DNA of 64,000 nucleotides from a virus (IMGVR_UViG_3300043468_001414:32664-96663), one strand, 5' to 3'. Numbered from the stretch's first letter, positions 11,001-20,662 are shown. The notes: a model not told the origin generated them from the sequence alone. Numbers and translations are program-made.

Positions 11001-11833
11001 CTCCTGCAACGAATGCGGCCCCCTACCCGTTCATGTTCCTTCAAACAAACGCCTCCGCGCCGGGATGCTTGCCTGCCAGCCGATTGGAGCGCGGGAATGG
11101 AATTGATTCCGAAGACATCAACTTTGCGCGGGGCGAGATTGAGCAGGAGATTGTTATTGATGAAAGCCATTGTGTGACTCCTTGGAGCCCGGATCCCGTT
11201 ACGATTTGCTATGGGGCGGTCTTTACGCAATCCACCTGCGATTGTTGCTCGGAGGAAGCGGGGTGCGAGACGACGATACGCTCGGCTGTTGGCACTAAGC
11301 CGCTCGTGTGGAGCGGGTGGACCCCGAGCGCGGCCACGTATTGCCCGTCGGTATCGGTCAATCAGTCGCGATATGAATTGAATGGATGCGCGGAAGATCA
11401 GTCGCAGACTGTCCCTGGAACTCAAGCCGTTGGGGCGTGGGGGGCGTGGGGGCCGCTGGCGGCTTCGGTTTGCCAAGGGGTTTCATTCCAGCAATCCAGG
11501 GTGGACGCGAGTGGTTGCTCGGCTCCGCAAACTCAATCGGCCACGGGAACAAAGCAGCCTTCATGGGGAGCTTGGCTGCCATTGCCTTCTGATGTGTGTT
11601 CTGGAGAAACCTTCCAGCAAACGCGGCAGGACCAAAATGGTTGCTTGGCACCGCAAACTCAATCGGCCACAGGAACCAAGGCGTGCCAATGCTCGAATAG
11701 CGTCAGCGATGAAACGGTTTATTGCAAGGGGTCAAGATTTACCTGCTGCGGCAATGGGTATGTGCATACCAAGCGCGGATGCGTCTATATCGGCCCAGCG
11801 GGGTATTGCGGAGATCCAGCTAACCAGAAGTGA
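8072..11833 (+). CDS. Large adhesin/tail protein: RCC1-like N-terminus, three He_PIG Ig domains, Cys/Trp-rich TSP1-like C-terminal repeats
   Basis: ALRADGVVVCKG; LP.W..L...TG.ISGTP repeats; three WxxWxP....C......Q.R repeats. Confidence 0.65.
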   Translation: MELTLPSAAFGAYGVLKLADEHWERFINLGGGAPITPSSSLQIFLQGCSGEVYFPKSIISGNYIYSLNGSGQLVRYVLSTLSLDNSFTPVYDVKDMRAVSGSGGVMLLRGDGSVDFVGGASDPFANSAVGKISSGAIGIVSNRYTSQVGVLKSDGTLVFQNGYSDVKVSGASYNFVAISDAKGNNYDRRGFFHAITQGGEVYGASYPDGTLREISLNTTLSAGDDIATAQFFSYGDYSIVLKNGRIYDPDFNPDADFAGLYSQVCSGSGYVIALRADGVVVCKGDSPPSIPFGYNHSFISVRDGCFTRTDGSQFIYSAAKGQNIPEDLKIPLFARKSSPSIRYAGSFYDLAEAAEVSFGPAVSPGFRPQAFAVASNVPSSSLVAGNWYQIAVSGTTSWTGAGASSNSVGTIFKATTARSGTGTANLLKSEFSDVGQYELLSSDYSYSLENVVLTITPGVPVIENPTAAGKVGVAFSKSFLTNGTNRPVTSWSAAGLPAWASLNSSTGVISGTPQDAGDYQFQLTASSSVGSDTEQVTISVAVGAATVLAGQSFTGKVGEAFSAQVAMDDVVDRPATSWAAGSLPTGLSINSTTGEISGIPTSKGSKVASISASGPGGSSPPASVSFAIAEGVPIITAGQVLRGWAEAALVKSPALTDSANRPATSWSALGLPEWAALDAGTGVITGSPQESDIYSIVVTAEGPGGLDTETVQIKIDPVFVANFSGECSLGVAWDSRLVVVFSSEGTLDAHLSEGPQLVVVFSGEATLDAHLFGADSVFVDFQSAGFLEAGESWLLYRDFEPSLQGVSSMDGKFIARDLQRFAWGEFDLAKDFRGEIYLHCYTTSHGRMTPAPLIKAGVKLFNSRVESEAYREVEGAEGRPFDLELQAAAGVLNGVVPVTQSRVRAVYNIWAMQVPPPESQVHLSIYLKRQGSDCAAKLEEVADSGWPAGNAREVKYAEWDLCGDLPPRCQPAASGWSPATNAAPYPFMFLQTNASAPGCLPASRLERGNGIDSEDINFARGEIEQEIVIDESHCVTPWSPDPVTICYGAVFTQSTCDCCSEEAGCETTIRSAVGTKPLVWSGWTPSAATYCPSVSVNQSRYELNGCAEDQSQTVPGTQAVGAWGAWGPLAASVCQGVSFQQSRVDASGCSAPQTQSATGTKQPSWGAWLPLPSDVCSGETFQQTRQDQNGCLAPQTQSATGTKACQCSNSVSDETVYCKGSRFTCCGNGYVHTKRGCVYIGPAGYCGDPANQK
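10279..10385 (+). repeat. In-frame 60-nt-period tandem duplication
   Basis: GCTGGTGGTAGTATTTTCC.GCGAGG.GACTCTGGATGCTCATTTAT at 10279 and 10339 (LVVVFS.E.TLDAHL twice). Confidence 0.9.
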
Positions 11834-12240
11834 TTATGGAATCTGAACAAATCGAGAAAATCATGTATGCGCTGACCGTGAACCGGAAGCCGTCTGCGCG
11901 GGCTTTGTGGTTGGCTCGTGGGGCGATAAATAAACTCTTTAAATTCCAGAGATTTTCTTTACTGGATTACTGGGAAAAAAGAATCCGCGAGGAGCCCAAG
12001 ACAGCTCAATGGGCACAAGAGACTTACGAAGAATATTTAGAGGGATTGAATGCGGAATCGCAAGAGGATCAGCCTCCTAGCGAGCCAGCGTATGTGGCTA
12101 AACGGGGTGATATTTGTGCTGCCTGCCAGTGGCGCGAGGAGGGCGGGGTAAATGGCGCGGGGGTCTGCGCGCAGTGCGGGTGCAATATATGGACAAAAAT
12201 CCGAATCTCGAAGTCGACCTGTCCTGTGCAGAAATGGTGA
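11830..12240 (+). CDS. DUF6171-like Cys-rich zinc-binding protein
   Basis: CxxC...CxxCGC...K......CP..KW. Confidence 0.7.
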   Translation: MIMESEQIEKIMYALTVNRKPSARALWLARGAINKLFKFQRFSLLDYWEKRIREEPKTAQWAQETYEEYLEGLNAESQEDQPPSEPAYVAKRGDICAACQWREEGGVNGAGVCAQCGCNIWTKIRISKSTCPVQKW

Positions 12241-12243
12241 TTT

Positions 12244-12987
12244 ATGCTTGTTGTTATTCCAGTATCGGCTTCGGACAATAAAATTTTGCCAGATTTTTGT
12301 GCGGCTGTAAAAAACTTTGCGCCTTATTCGCATGAGGTGTTGTATGTTGCCAGGCCTTCGGATGTCCCGAACTTGGCGGACGTCTCGGATCGCTTGAAGG
12401 GGTGCTTTCGTGAGGAGCGGGCGCATCTTTTTGATGTGGATGGGCCGCGAGGGTGGCCTGTCGGGCCGAATTTTTATTGGCAGCAGACGATTTTGCATTT
12501 GGCTAAAACCGGCAATCAGCAGCCATGGCTTTGGCTGGAGATGGATTGCACTCCGTTGAGGCAGGGGTGGCTCGATGATTTGGATCAAGAGTATCGCGAG
12601 TGCGGCAAGCCGTTCATGGGAATGTTTGGCGAGTCGAGTGTCGTGGGCAAGACGGGGAAGACTATGTTGCTCTCAGAGCATCTCGTGGGGGTTGCGATTT
12701 ATCCGCCGCAAATTTCAAATTACTTGGAAATTCATGACCATGCGGAATTTAATGTGGCTTTTGATTATCTCTATCAATACGAGATGATTCCGCGGTCGCA
12801 TGAGTCCCGACTCATGCAGCATGGATTCCGAACAAGGATGTTTTACGAGCATGAGGGTATAATTAAGTGCCATGATGCCTCGAACTTGCCAGAGGGAAAG
12901 CGGCATGACCAGCCCGTGAAGCCGGGGATCGCGCTGCATCATGGGTGCATAGATGGTTCTTTATCTAAACTTATTTGCATAAAATGA
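12244..12987 (+). CDS. Putative glycosyltransferase-like protein
   Basis: N-terminal VVIPV strand, WLEMDCTP (DxD-like), Y...GKPFMG, HLVGVAIYP; GT-A-like appearance. Confidence 0.45.
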   Translation: MLVVIPVSASDNKILPDFCAAVKNFAPYSHEVLYVARPSDVPNLADVSDRLKGCFREERAHLFDVDGPRGWPVGPNFYWQQTILHLAKTGNQQPWLWLEMDCTPLRQGWLDDLDQEYRECGKPFMGMFGESSVVGKTGKTMLLSEHLVGVAIYPPQISNYLEIHDHAEFNVAFDYLYQYEMIPRSHESRLMQHGFRTRMFYEHEGIIKCHDASNLPEGKRHDQPVKPGIALHHGCIDGSLSKLICIK

Positions 12988-13235
12988 ATACAATTAAATT
13001 AGTCGGAATGGCCAAAAGTTTCTTCGATAGTGCCGCGAAATTCGCGGCCAGCGGATTCCAGATTACGCCGATCGAGATTTTAGAGTCGCGGTTAAAGGCT
13101 TGTGAGTCTTGCGAGGATTTGCAGCCGGAAGGCTTCGCTGGCACGGGGCAATGCGGGCTGTGCGGATGCTCGATCAAGATGAAGACCAGGATGGCGACTA
13201 TGGAATGCCCTGCTGGGAAATGGAAATCTGTGTGA
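12984..13235 (+). CDS. DUF6171-like Cys-rich protein (paralog of 11830..12240)
   Basis: R...CxxC...CxxCGC...K......CPAGKW. Confidence 0.75.
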   Translation: MNTIKLVGMAKSFFDSAAKFAASGFQITPIEILESRLKACESCEDLQPEGFAGTGQCGLCGCSIKMKTRMATMECPAGKWKSV

Positions 13236-14773
13236 AGGTTTATACTTATTATAGTGAAATTAAGTTTTCCGCTCAATCAGACTTAATTTCCGTTTGGAAG
13301 CAAAGCTGGGAGAAGCGGGGGTTCGAGCCGGTTGTGCTGAGTGTCGCGGATGCCAAGCGACACCCTTATTATAAATGCTTCCAAGAAGTTGTTCGTAGCC
13401 AGAGTGAGCAAATGGGCTTTGCGCTGAGTGCTTACGGTGAGGCGTGTTGGATGCGTTGGCTGGCTTATGCTTCGCTGGGGGAGAGTGGGCTATTTATTGT
13501 CTGTGATTATGATGTGATGAATCGGAACTTCCCGGTTCCCGAGAAATTACCGGAGGGCTTGGTTTTTTGGGATGGGGCGTGCCCGAGCGTGGCCTCAGGG
13601 AATTCCGAAGATTTTTTGAGGTTTTGTAAATCAGTAGAATTCATGGATGTAGAGTGTTTTTTGGAAGCTAATAAAAAACCCATATCTCACTTCCACGATC
13701 AAGAGTTTTTATGTTGCCCTCAGTGCGCAGGGTTGAAACATTCACGGATGCGGCCCGCAGAAGTTGTTTCGTTATATTCCGAGAAAGTGGATGCGCCATT
13801 GGTGCATGTGTCTCACAGTTCTATTCCTGGCTTTAACGAGGCGAAGCGTTTAGCAGCTGCTTGCGAGGTGCTGCAATATGAGGGGGCGGCATGGGGTGGA
13901 TGTTTGCAGGGCCTCGCGCGGACGGTGATTCGGATGGATCTCCTGGCGAGGCGTCCTGTGCCTATTTTTTTACATATCCCGCGATGTGGTGGGACATTTG
14001 TCTTGGCGACAATGATGGCCTCTTCAGTTTTTTTAAAACAGAGTGGAGGCGGCGGGGTTATCAAGCAAATTTTAGTGAATGAGGAGGGGGTTATCTTTAG
14101 GGTTATTGCGTCTTGCGAGGATATTGGCTCTGATGCTGATGATAGGCATAAACTCACGGTGGATCTTAGTGGTTTTTTTGAGATTCTCCCGAAGTTGGAA
14201 TTTGTATTTTCGGTCGTTATCGAACCAGCGGGGGTTTCTCGATTCGCTGGGGGGCTTTTTCACGAAATTTGCGATCGCATTCAAAGAAAGCCAATGTTTT
14301 TTACCTGCCTCCGCGATCCTTTTGAGCGGGAGGCCTCGAAGTTCGCTTATTTGATAACTAAATTGAGCGAAGATTCATTCTGCATTGAAGGCGAAGAAGA
14401 GCGCGTGGCTAATGCATTAACTGGCATGGAGTTTGAAGAGTATATTCAATCGGACAGGCTTTCGGATAGTTGGCTGATCCGGACATTATTGCCGCAGGCG
14501 GCGCATATTTGCGAAAATGAAATTGATGAGGCTTGCCAGCTTCTTGCGGATTTTAGGATTTGCGGGCTCTCGGGCCTTTCGGAGCATTTGGGCAGAGTTT
14601 TAAAGGATTGCTATGGCGAGATCGCTGTGCCGCTGGGTTTTGAGATCAACAGCAACAGCTCGGGAGGGGTCGCGTTTGATAATATCTCTGAAAAAGCTAG
14701 GGCGGCGTTTCTTGAAAAAACGAGGCCGGACTACGAGTTGTATTGGCGATTGATAGCTCGGGCTGAGTGTTGA
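13232..14773 (+). CDS. Glycosyltransferase-like plus sulfotransferase-like fusion
   Basis: GTG start overlapping upstream stop; N-half WKQSWEKRGFEPVVL..DA..HP and DYD; C-half FLHIPRCGGT and CLRDPFER resemble the 5'-PSB and 3'-PB sulfotransferase motifs. Confidence 0.6.
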   Translation: MKVYTYYSEIKFSAQSDLISVWKQSWEKRGFEPVVLSVADAKRHPYYKCFQEVVRSQSEQMGFALSAYGEACWMRWLAYASLGESGLFIVCDYDVMNRNFPVPEKLPEGLVFWDGACPSVASGNSEDFLRFCKSVEFMDVECFLEANKKPISHFHDQEFLCCPQCAGLKHSRMRPAEVVSLYSEKVDAPLVHVSHSSIPGFNEAKRLAAACEVLQYEGAAWGGCLQGLARTVIRMDLLARRPVPIFLHIPRCGGTFVLATMMASSVFLKQSGGGGVIKQILVNEEGVIFRVIASCEDIGSDADDRHKLTVDLSGFFEILPKLEFVFSVVIEPAGVSRFAGGLFHEICDRIQRKPMFFTCLRDPFEREASKFAYLITKLSEDSFCIEGEEERVANALTGMEFEEYIQSDRLSDSWLIRTLLPQAAHICENEIDEACQLLADFRICGLSGLSEHLGRVLKDCYGEIAVPLGFEINSNSSGGVAFDNISEKARAAFLEKTRPDYELYWRLIARAEC

Positions 14774-14792
14774 CGAATGATGGGAGGTGGGT

Positions 14793-16064
14793 ATGCGACT
14801 CTATGTAGATCTTGATACTCTGGTTGTTTCGGATTTCCGAAACTCTGGGGCGGCGGCTGGTTTATCGGCAAAAAGGAGTGATCGGTTTTCTGTAGAAGTT
14901 CGGTTTGTAAGTCAAGGTGTCATTAAGGAGTTGCCATCAGGGGCTTCCGGGCGGATTACTCTTAAAAAGACTACAGAATTTTCTAGTTACCCGGTGGCAT
15001 GGTCTCCGGCGTGGCGCAAGGTGGGGCATGGCTTGGGGGCTTATTATGTTTTCCGCCTTAATCTCCATACTCAACAGGTTGTGGATCAATTTTTGTCTCT
15101 GCAAGGCGAATTGGCTGCCGTGACTTTTGCCATGGAGATTCAATGGGAATACCGCGGAATGCGGAGATCGAGCCGCGCGGTCACATTTGTGGTGGAAAAT
15201 GATTATGTGCGCCTTGAAGATCGGGATGAGCCGCCGATCGCTATTTTTGCTGGTCCTCCCATTGTGGCCTCGGGTCAAAGCTTTGTCGGTAAGGTCGGGG
15301 CTTCGTTTTTTGAGAGAATCGTTCTTGGGGAGACTATGGATCGGCCGGTTTCAACATGGTCCGCCTCGGGGCTTCCAGCCGGGTTGAGTCTTAATGTTGC
15401 GCAGGGCATCGTGTCGGGAGACCCTTCAGCGATGGGCAGCTTTACCGCGATGATTTCTGCAAGTGGCGATGGAGGGGCTGGTGTTGCTCAAGGGGTGGCG
15501 TTTTCTATTTTGCCGGGCGTTCCTGGCATTACAAATACAAGCTTTACGGGCAAGGTGGGCGCGGCATTTTTAGCTGCGCCGACTGTCAATGATCCCGTTA
15601 ATCGACCTGTTACTGCATGGAGCGCGACCGGCTTGCCAAGTTGGGCCGGCATTGATGCCACGAGCGGCGTCATAGCCAGTATAACCCCCGTCGGGTATCC
15701 CCTACTCACTCCAGAGCATGTCGCTACCTATGATGTTACATTAAGGGCCTCTGGGCCTGGCGGTGAGGGCGCTAAGGTTGTTACGATTATAATCGGAGTG
15801 GGGGCTCCTAGTATTGATGCAGGGCAAAGTTTTCTTGGCTATGTCGGGCAGCCGTTTACTGTGACTCCTGCGATTTATGACGCCCTTGATCGGCCTGCGA
15901 CTTCGTGGAGCGCGGTGGGATTGCCTGCGGGGCTTTCCATTAATTCTGCAACTGGGCAGATTGCTGGGACGCCGGAGGTTGCTGGGAGCGTGGACGCTGA
16001 ATTAACGGCGACGGGACCAGGGGGCAGCAATACTCGTAGTGTTTCCATTTCTATCATGCCTTAA
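14793..16064 (+). CDS. BppU-like N-terminal adaptor plus three He_PIG Ig domains
   Basis: KRSDRFSVEVRF..MEIQW..V.VENDY, then LPAGLS.N..TG.I.GTP repeats. Confidence 0.6.
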   Translation: MRLYVDLDTLVVSDFRNSGAAAGLSAKRSDRFSVEVRFVSQGVIKELPSGASGRITLKKTTEFSSYPVAWSPAWRKVGHGLGAYYVFRLNLHTQQVVDQFLSLQGELAAVTFAMEIQWEYRGMRRSSRAVTFVVENDYVRLEDRDEPPIAIFAGPPIVASGQSFVGKVGASFFERIVLGETMDRPVSTWSASGLPAGLSLNVAQGIVSGDPSAMGSFTAMISASGDGGAGVAQGVAFSILPGVPGITNTSFTGKVGAAFLAAPTVNDPVNRPVTAWSATGLPSWAGIDATSGVIASITPVGYPLLTPEHVATYDVTLRASGPGGEGAKVVTIIIGVGAPSIDAGQSFLGYVGQPFTVTPAIYDALDRPATSWSAVGLPAGLSINSATGQIAGTPEVAGSVDAELTATGPGGSNTRSVSISIMP

Positions 16065-16088
16065 AGTTGACGCTCGGGCTTGGGGCGT

Positions 16089-16553
16089 ATGCGGATCGCG
16101 ATCAATACCGAGACGAGGCAGGTGGTGACTTGGGCGAATGAGCCATTGACTTCCATGGAGTTGACTCGCGGCGACAAATTTCCGCTGGAGATCAAGTTTA
16201 TCGCCGGGGCGGGATATGTGGAGCTTCCGGATGGCGCGGCGGTGAGGGTGGTTTTCAAGCAGATCGGGCAGTATGGCGGGCAGATTTTAGCGGGAGCAGT
16301 GGAGTGGACGAAGGCTGGCGCGGCCTCGAAGGCTGTTTACACCGTGCTGCTCGATATGAATACGATCCAACTCAATACGGCGCTCGGCGCGGACACTCCC
16401 TCGATCGACTTGGCGGTGGAGATCGAGTGGCGGTATACGCAAGGCGCTGTCGCGGTGCGCCAGACGGCGACTCCAGTGCCGGTGACGCTTTCCAATGATT
16501 ACATTCGCGGTGCCGAGGGGAGTCCTGTCGATGCTGTGGCTTTATTGGCCTGA
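16089..16553 (+). CDS. BppU-like baseplate/tail adaptor
   Basis: TRGDKFPLEIKF..VEIEW..PVTLSNDYIR; paralog of neighbouring genes. Confidence 0.55.
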   Translation: MRIAINTETRQVVTWANEPLTSMELTRGDKFPLEIKFIAGAGYVELPDGAAVRVVFKQIGQYGGQILAGAVEWTKAGAASKAVYTVLLDMNTIQLNTALGADTPSIDLAVEIEWRYTQGAVAVRQTATPVPVTLSNDYIRGAEGSPVDAVALLA

Positions 16554-16558
16554 TATCT

Positions 16559-17227
16559 ATGCGTATCGCTATCAATACCGAGACTCGCGGGGTAGTGACA
16601 TGGGCGGGAGCGGCTATTGAATCTCTCCAAATTACGCGAGGTGATTCTTTTCCGCTAGAGATCAAGTTTATCCAAGGGAATGGATATGTTGATATGCCGA
16701 CGAATGCTGAGGCTAGGATAGCATTCAAGGCTGCCGGGGGATTCGCGAGCGAGATTTTGGCTGGAAGTGTTTTATGGGAAAAGGCGGGTGCGGGCGCAAA
16801 AGCCGTTTATTCCATGGCTTTGAATTTCAATACGACGCCAATCCAAGCGCTTTTTGCCTCCGAGCCGGCGAGCTTGAATCTGGTGATGGAGTTTGAGTGG
16901 TCGTATTCTATTAATTCTCAATTTATCAGGCAAACAACGATCCCCGTCCCAGTGGTTTTGGCGAACGACTATGCCCGAGACGCGGACGGGATGCCTGTGG
17001 AGGCCTTGGACAGGAAAGCGACCCAGCAAGAAGCTGAGGCCGGGGTCGATAATGCCAAATGGATGACTCCGCTGAGGACGAAGCAGGCGATCGATCTTGC
17101 CGCAGAATCCGAACGCCCAACGATTTCATCTGCTCCACCAGTGCCCCTTTATGAGGGGCAGCGATGGACGGATACAACTGATCTCACCACCTACGAATTC
17201 ATCGGAGGCGCGTGGGTCGAAACATAA
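16559..17227 (+). CDS. BppU-like adaptor with tail-fibre linker
   Basis: Close paralog of 16089..16553; ATQQEAEAGVDNAKWMTPLRTKQAI tail-fibre motif. Confidence 0.6.
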   Translation: MRIAINTETRGVVTWAGAAIESLQITRGDSFPLEIKFIQGNGYVDMPTNAEARIAFKAAGGFASEILAGSVLWEKAGAGAKAVYSMALNFNTTPIQALFASEPASLNLVMEFEWSYSINSQFIRQTTIPVPVVLANDYARDADGMPVEALDRKATQQEAEAGVDNAKWMTPLRTKQAIDLAAESERPTISSAPPVPLYEGQRWTDTTDLTTYEFIGGAWVET

Positions 17228-17245
17228 ACAACAATAACATAATAT

Positions 17246-18058
17246 ATGGCAGCTATCACATTCCCGGCGTCTCCGACGCTCAATCAAACCCACACGGTCG
17301 GAGACCGTAGCTGGAAATTCAACGGCACTGCATGGAAGCTCGTTCCGCGCACCACAGATGCCATCGTCGAGGGGTCTAGCAACCTTTTCTTCACCGAAAG
17401 CCGAGTGCGGGCTACCGTGCTCACAGGCCTAACCCCTACGGATGTCGTTATCGATCAGGCGGATTCGGTTTTGGGTGCCGTCGGCAAGGCTCAAGGTCAG
17501 ATCACCGCCCTCGATAGTCGCATGGATACCGCCGAAAGCGATATTACTGCCCTTGAAAGCTCCATTACAGCCATTGGTAGTGCTTTCAATTATGTTGGCA
17601 CGCTGGCAGGTGGAGCTGATGCGGCGAATGCCACGAATCTCGCGGCGCTGGCCGAGAATGATCCTGGCGACTACTACAAAGTGGCTACAGCGGGCTATTT
17701 TATCCTCGCTCCCGCTTCGGCATTCTATGCCAACGTGAATGACGGCATCGTTTTTAATAACGCGAGTGGCGTTGATAAGATCGACAGCACCGACAGCACA
17801 GTGGCTGGCACATCGAACTATGTCAGTGTCTCTGGAAGCACAGATACTGGCTACACGGTCGATCTAGATTCGACTTTTAAGACTCGTGTGGATAACGCCG
17901 AGGGCGACATTGATGCTCTTGAAACCGGCAAGCAGATCAAGGATGTGGTCTCAACCGCCGCGCCTGCGCACTCCGAGGGACTCCGCTGGATCGATTCCGC
18001 CGACATGACTGAATATCTTTCATACGGCGGGGTATGGGTCGAGATTGACAAGCAATAA
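17246..18058 (+). CDS. Tail fibre protein
   Basis: ITFPASPT..W.FNG..W N-terminal motif, EGSSNLFFT, coiled segments. Confidence 0.7.
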   Translation: MAAITFPASPTLNQTHTVGDRSWKFNGTAWKLVPRTTDAIVEGSSNLFFTESRVRATVLTGLTPTDVVIDQADSVLGAVGKAQGQITALDSRMDTAESDITALESSITAIGSAFNYVGTLAGGADAANATNLAALAENDPGDYYKVATAGYFILAPASAFYANVNDGIVFNNASGVDKIDSTDSTVAGTSNYVSVSGSTDTGYTVDLDSTFKTRVDNAEGDIDALETGKQIKDVVSTAAPAHSEGLRWIDSADMTEYLSYGGVWVEIDKQ

Positions 18059-18066
18059 TAGTCACG

Positions 18067-19488
18067 ATGCCAGCCATCGCCTTTCCGCAAAACCCGCAGA
18101 CCAACGATACCTACGCTTCCAGTGGCTACACTTGGAAGTTCGACGGGGCTCGTTGGCGGCGGCTCCCCGCCGCTGTGCCGCTCTCGAGGCTCTCGGGCGC
18201 TGATGCGGAGATTGGCGATGTGCTGGCTTTTGACGGAGAACAATACTCTCCTGTTCCTCCTACGGGCGGCGGCGGCGGCGCATCTGTAACTGTCAGTAAA
18301 GTTGCGGCAGATGGCAGCTATAGCGGGGCTGTAACGAATGTAACAGGGCTTAGATTTGATCAAGACTCGGGATTTGATGTAATGGACTTGGGGGGCGGGA
18401 ATGCCAAGGTCCAAATGAACTCTACGTTTAAGTATTGGGAGGTAAATGGACAACCCGGGCTTACGGCGCAGGGGTTAGACACCGCAAATTTTATTGCCGG
18501 TTCTGGAGTAACAATTGCGGCTGATTCCGTAAACAACTCACTTACATTTACTTCCGCTGGCGGCGTTTCTGATGGCGACAAGGGGGATGTATCAGTATCC
18601 AACTCAGGAGCTACTTGGGCGATCGACAACGGGGCTGTGAACACAGCAAAATTAGCTGACGGAGCGGTAACAACAGAAAAAATTGCTGCGGGAGCCGTTG
18701 TCACTGAGGATATTGCTGCTGGAGCTGTTACATACGCCAAGATGCAGAATGTTTCGGCAGCGGATCGGCTCTTGGGAAGATCGACAGCGGGGGCAGGGAC
18801 AGTAGAAGAGATACCATGCACCTCTTTAGGTAGGTCTGTTTTAGCTTCTGCTGATGCGGCTGCCGCAAGAACATCTTTGGACGCCGCCGCGACTACGCAC
18901 GGTCACGCAATTTCTCAAATCACAAATCTTCAGTCGTCGCTGAACGCGAAAGCTAACAGCACACATTCTCATGTTATCGGGGACACGACAGGGCTACAGG
19001 CAGCTTTAGACTCTAAAACTGCTGTAGGCCACACTCATGTCATGTCGGAAATTACCGACTTAGCATTCCCAACGGCGTCAGTTTATTACGGAGATACCCC
19101 GCCAACAAGCACTACATATAACCTATGGATTCAAACCAGCACAGCTAGGATTTTTAATAAAATTGATGGTTTTTGGGTAGAGGCTGCTGCGGGGTTTGGG
19201 TCTTTGGTAATTGAGAACACTACAGGTGGGGGCGGAGGCGGCGGCACGGGCGGAGAGGTGGTGAGTGTGAATGGTTTAGTCGGGGCTGTCACTCTCACTC
19301 CGACAATACTAGGTGCGGCCAATGCTACGCACTACCACGCTATAGCTGATACGACAGGGTTACAGGCTTCCCTCAACTCTTTGAGCATCGGGAAGATCAC
19401 AAACGGCGGCGGGGTATCAAACATAGCAAGAGTTACATCTCTTCCAGCAAATCCTGACCCTAACACACTTTACATAGTTATACCGTAA
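18067..19488 (+). CDS. Tail fibre protein
   Basis: GAVT..KIA repeats, H.H.I....LQ..L repeats, VVSVNG..GAVTL. Confidence 0.75.
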   Translation: MPAIAFPQNPQTNDTYASSGYTWKFDGARWRRLPAAVPLSRLSGADAEIGDVLAFDGEQYSPVPPTGGGGGASVTVSKVAADGSYSGAVTNVTGLRFDQDSGFDVMDLGGGNAKVQMNSTFKYWEVNGQPGLTAQGLDTANFIAGSGVTIAADSVNNSLTFTSAGGVSDGDKGDVSVSNSGATWAIDNGAVNTAKLADGAVTTEKIAAGAVVTEDIAAGAVTYAKMQNVSAADRLLGRSTAGAGTVEEIPCTSLGRSVLASADAAAARTSLDAAATTHGHAISQITNLQSSLNAKANSTHSHVIGDTTGLQAALDSKTAVGHTHVMSEITDLAFPTASVYYGDTPPTSTTYNLWIQTSTARIFNKIDGFWVEAAAGFGSLVIENTTGGGGGGGTGGEVVSVNGLVGAVTLTPTILGAANATHYHAIADTTGLQASLNSLSIGKITNGGGVSNIARVTSLPANPDPNTLYIVIP

Positions 19489-20354
19489 TGCCGACTAATG
19501 CAGACATAACAGATGTTTATTTAGGCGGTGCTTATGCCCAAGAGCTGTATCTAGGTAGCACCCGTATCTGGCCCTTAGGAACTTTAGGTCTAGCTTCGGT
19601 AAGCGGTTATATTTTAGCTTTACGCTCAAATGGGACGCCAGTTTGGGATAGACTTCCGGCGAATTACCCTCAGTTGAACACAATACCTGAAATAACTAGA
19701 GGCAATACCACAATGGTGTCTATGGGCGAACGCCACGCTATGGCGCTTCTAAAAAATAAAACCGTTGTGTGTTGGGGCGCAAATACGCAAGGGCAGATCA
19801 ATACTCCAGCAAATCTTACAAATGTTAGAGAGGTTTTTGCCGCTGGTTTAGCTTCTTATGCTATACTTGAAAATGGAACCGTGCGGCATTGGGGGACTAA
19901 TGCACAAGGTGCTGGGAATATCCCGGCAGGGCTTACCGATGTTGTAGGTTTGGGGTCCTTCGTTGGAGGCGGGAGTGGAACACATGTTGTTGCATGTAAA
20001 TCTAATGGGACCGTTGTGACTTGGGGCACTAATAATACTTACGGGCAACAAAATGTTCCCGCTGGATTGAATCGCGTTATTAAAGTGTCTGCTGTCTTTG
20101 AAGGCTCTATTGCTCTACAGGATGATGGAACAGTAGTTAAGTGGGGCTTCGAAAACACATACACTCCTATCCCATCGAGTGTCAGCCCAGTTGACTTAGT
20201 TGATATGGATTTGAAGACCCAGTATGAGCTTTATGTTTTGAGGCTCAATGGCAATCTTGAAGTTAACAACAATGTTGTAGCTACAGGAGTCGTGGCAATG
20301 GCCCGTGGCGGAAGGGCCTATATGAAACAAGACGGAACAACGCATCTCATCTAA
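19488..20354 (+). CDS. RCC1/BLIP-II-like beta-propeller, probable receptor-binding protein
   Basis: Repeats such as ALL.N.TVV.WG.N..GQ..P..LT.V. Confidence 0.75.
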   Translation: MPTNADITDVYLGGAYAQELYLGSTRIWPLGTLGLASVSGYILALRSNGTPVWDRLPANYPQLNTIPEITRGNTTMVSMGERHAMALLKNKTVVCWGANTQGQINTPANLTNVREVFAAGLASYAILENGTVRHWGTNAQGAGNIPAGLTDVVGLGSFVGGGSGTHVVACKSNGTVVTWGTNNTYGQQNVPAGLNRVIKVSAVFEGSIALQDDGTVVKWGFENTYTPIPSSVSPVDLVDMDLKTQYELYVLRLNGNLEVNNNVVATGVVAMARGGRAYMKQDGTTHLI

Positions 20355-20362
20355 TTTAGCTT

Positions 20363-20662
20363 ATGTTAAACTTTCCAGATTCACCAACAAACGGGTATAT
20401 TTATCCACCAGAAACCGAAGCAGCGATTGAAGGTCGTCGCTGGAAATGGGACGCCGCTGGCGGCGTGTGGCTAAACTACTCGGCGTCGCAGCCCTACACA
20501 CTGCAAATCTACAATGTAACAAACCTTCAGTCAGAGCTTGATAGCAAGATAGAGAAGCAGTCTGCCGATACAACTCCTGTAAATGCCATTCGGTGTCTTA
20601 CGCAAGCAGAATACGACGGCACAACGAAAGACCCGAACACAATTTATTTCATAAAACAATAA
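20363..20662 (+). CDS. Short tail-fibre adaptor
   Basis: LNFPDSPT N-terminus; LTQAEYD....DPNTIYFI C-terminus. Confidence 0.65.
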   Translation: MLNFPDSPTNGYIYPPETEAAIEGRRWKWDAAGGVWLNYSASQPYTLQIYNVTNLQSELDSKIEKQSADTTPVNAIRCLTQAEYDGTTKDPNTIYFIKQ

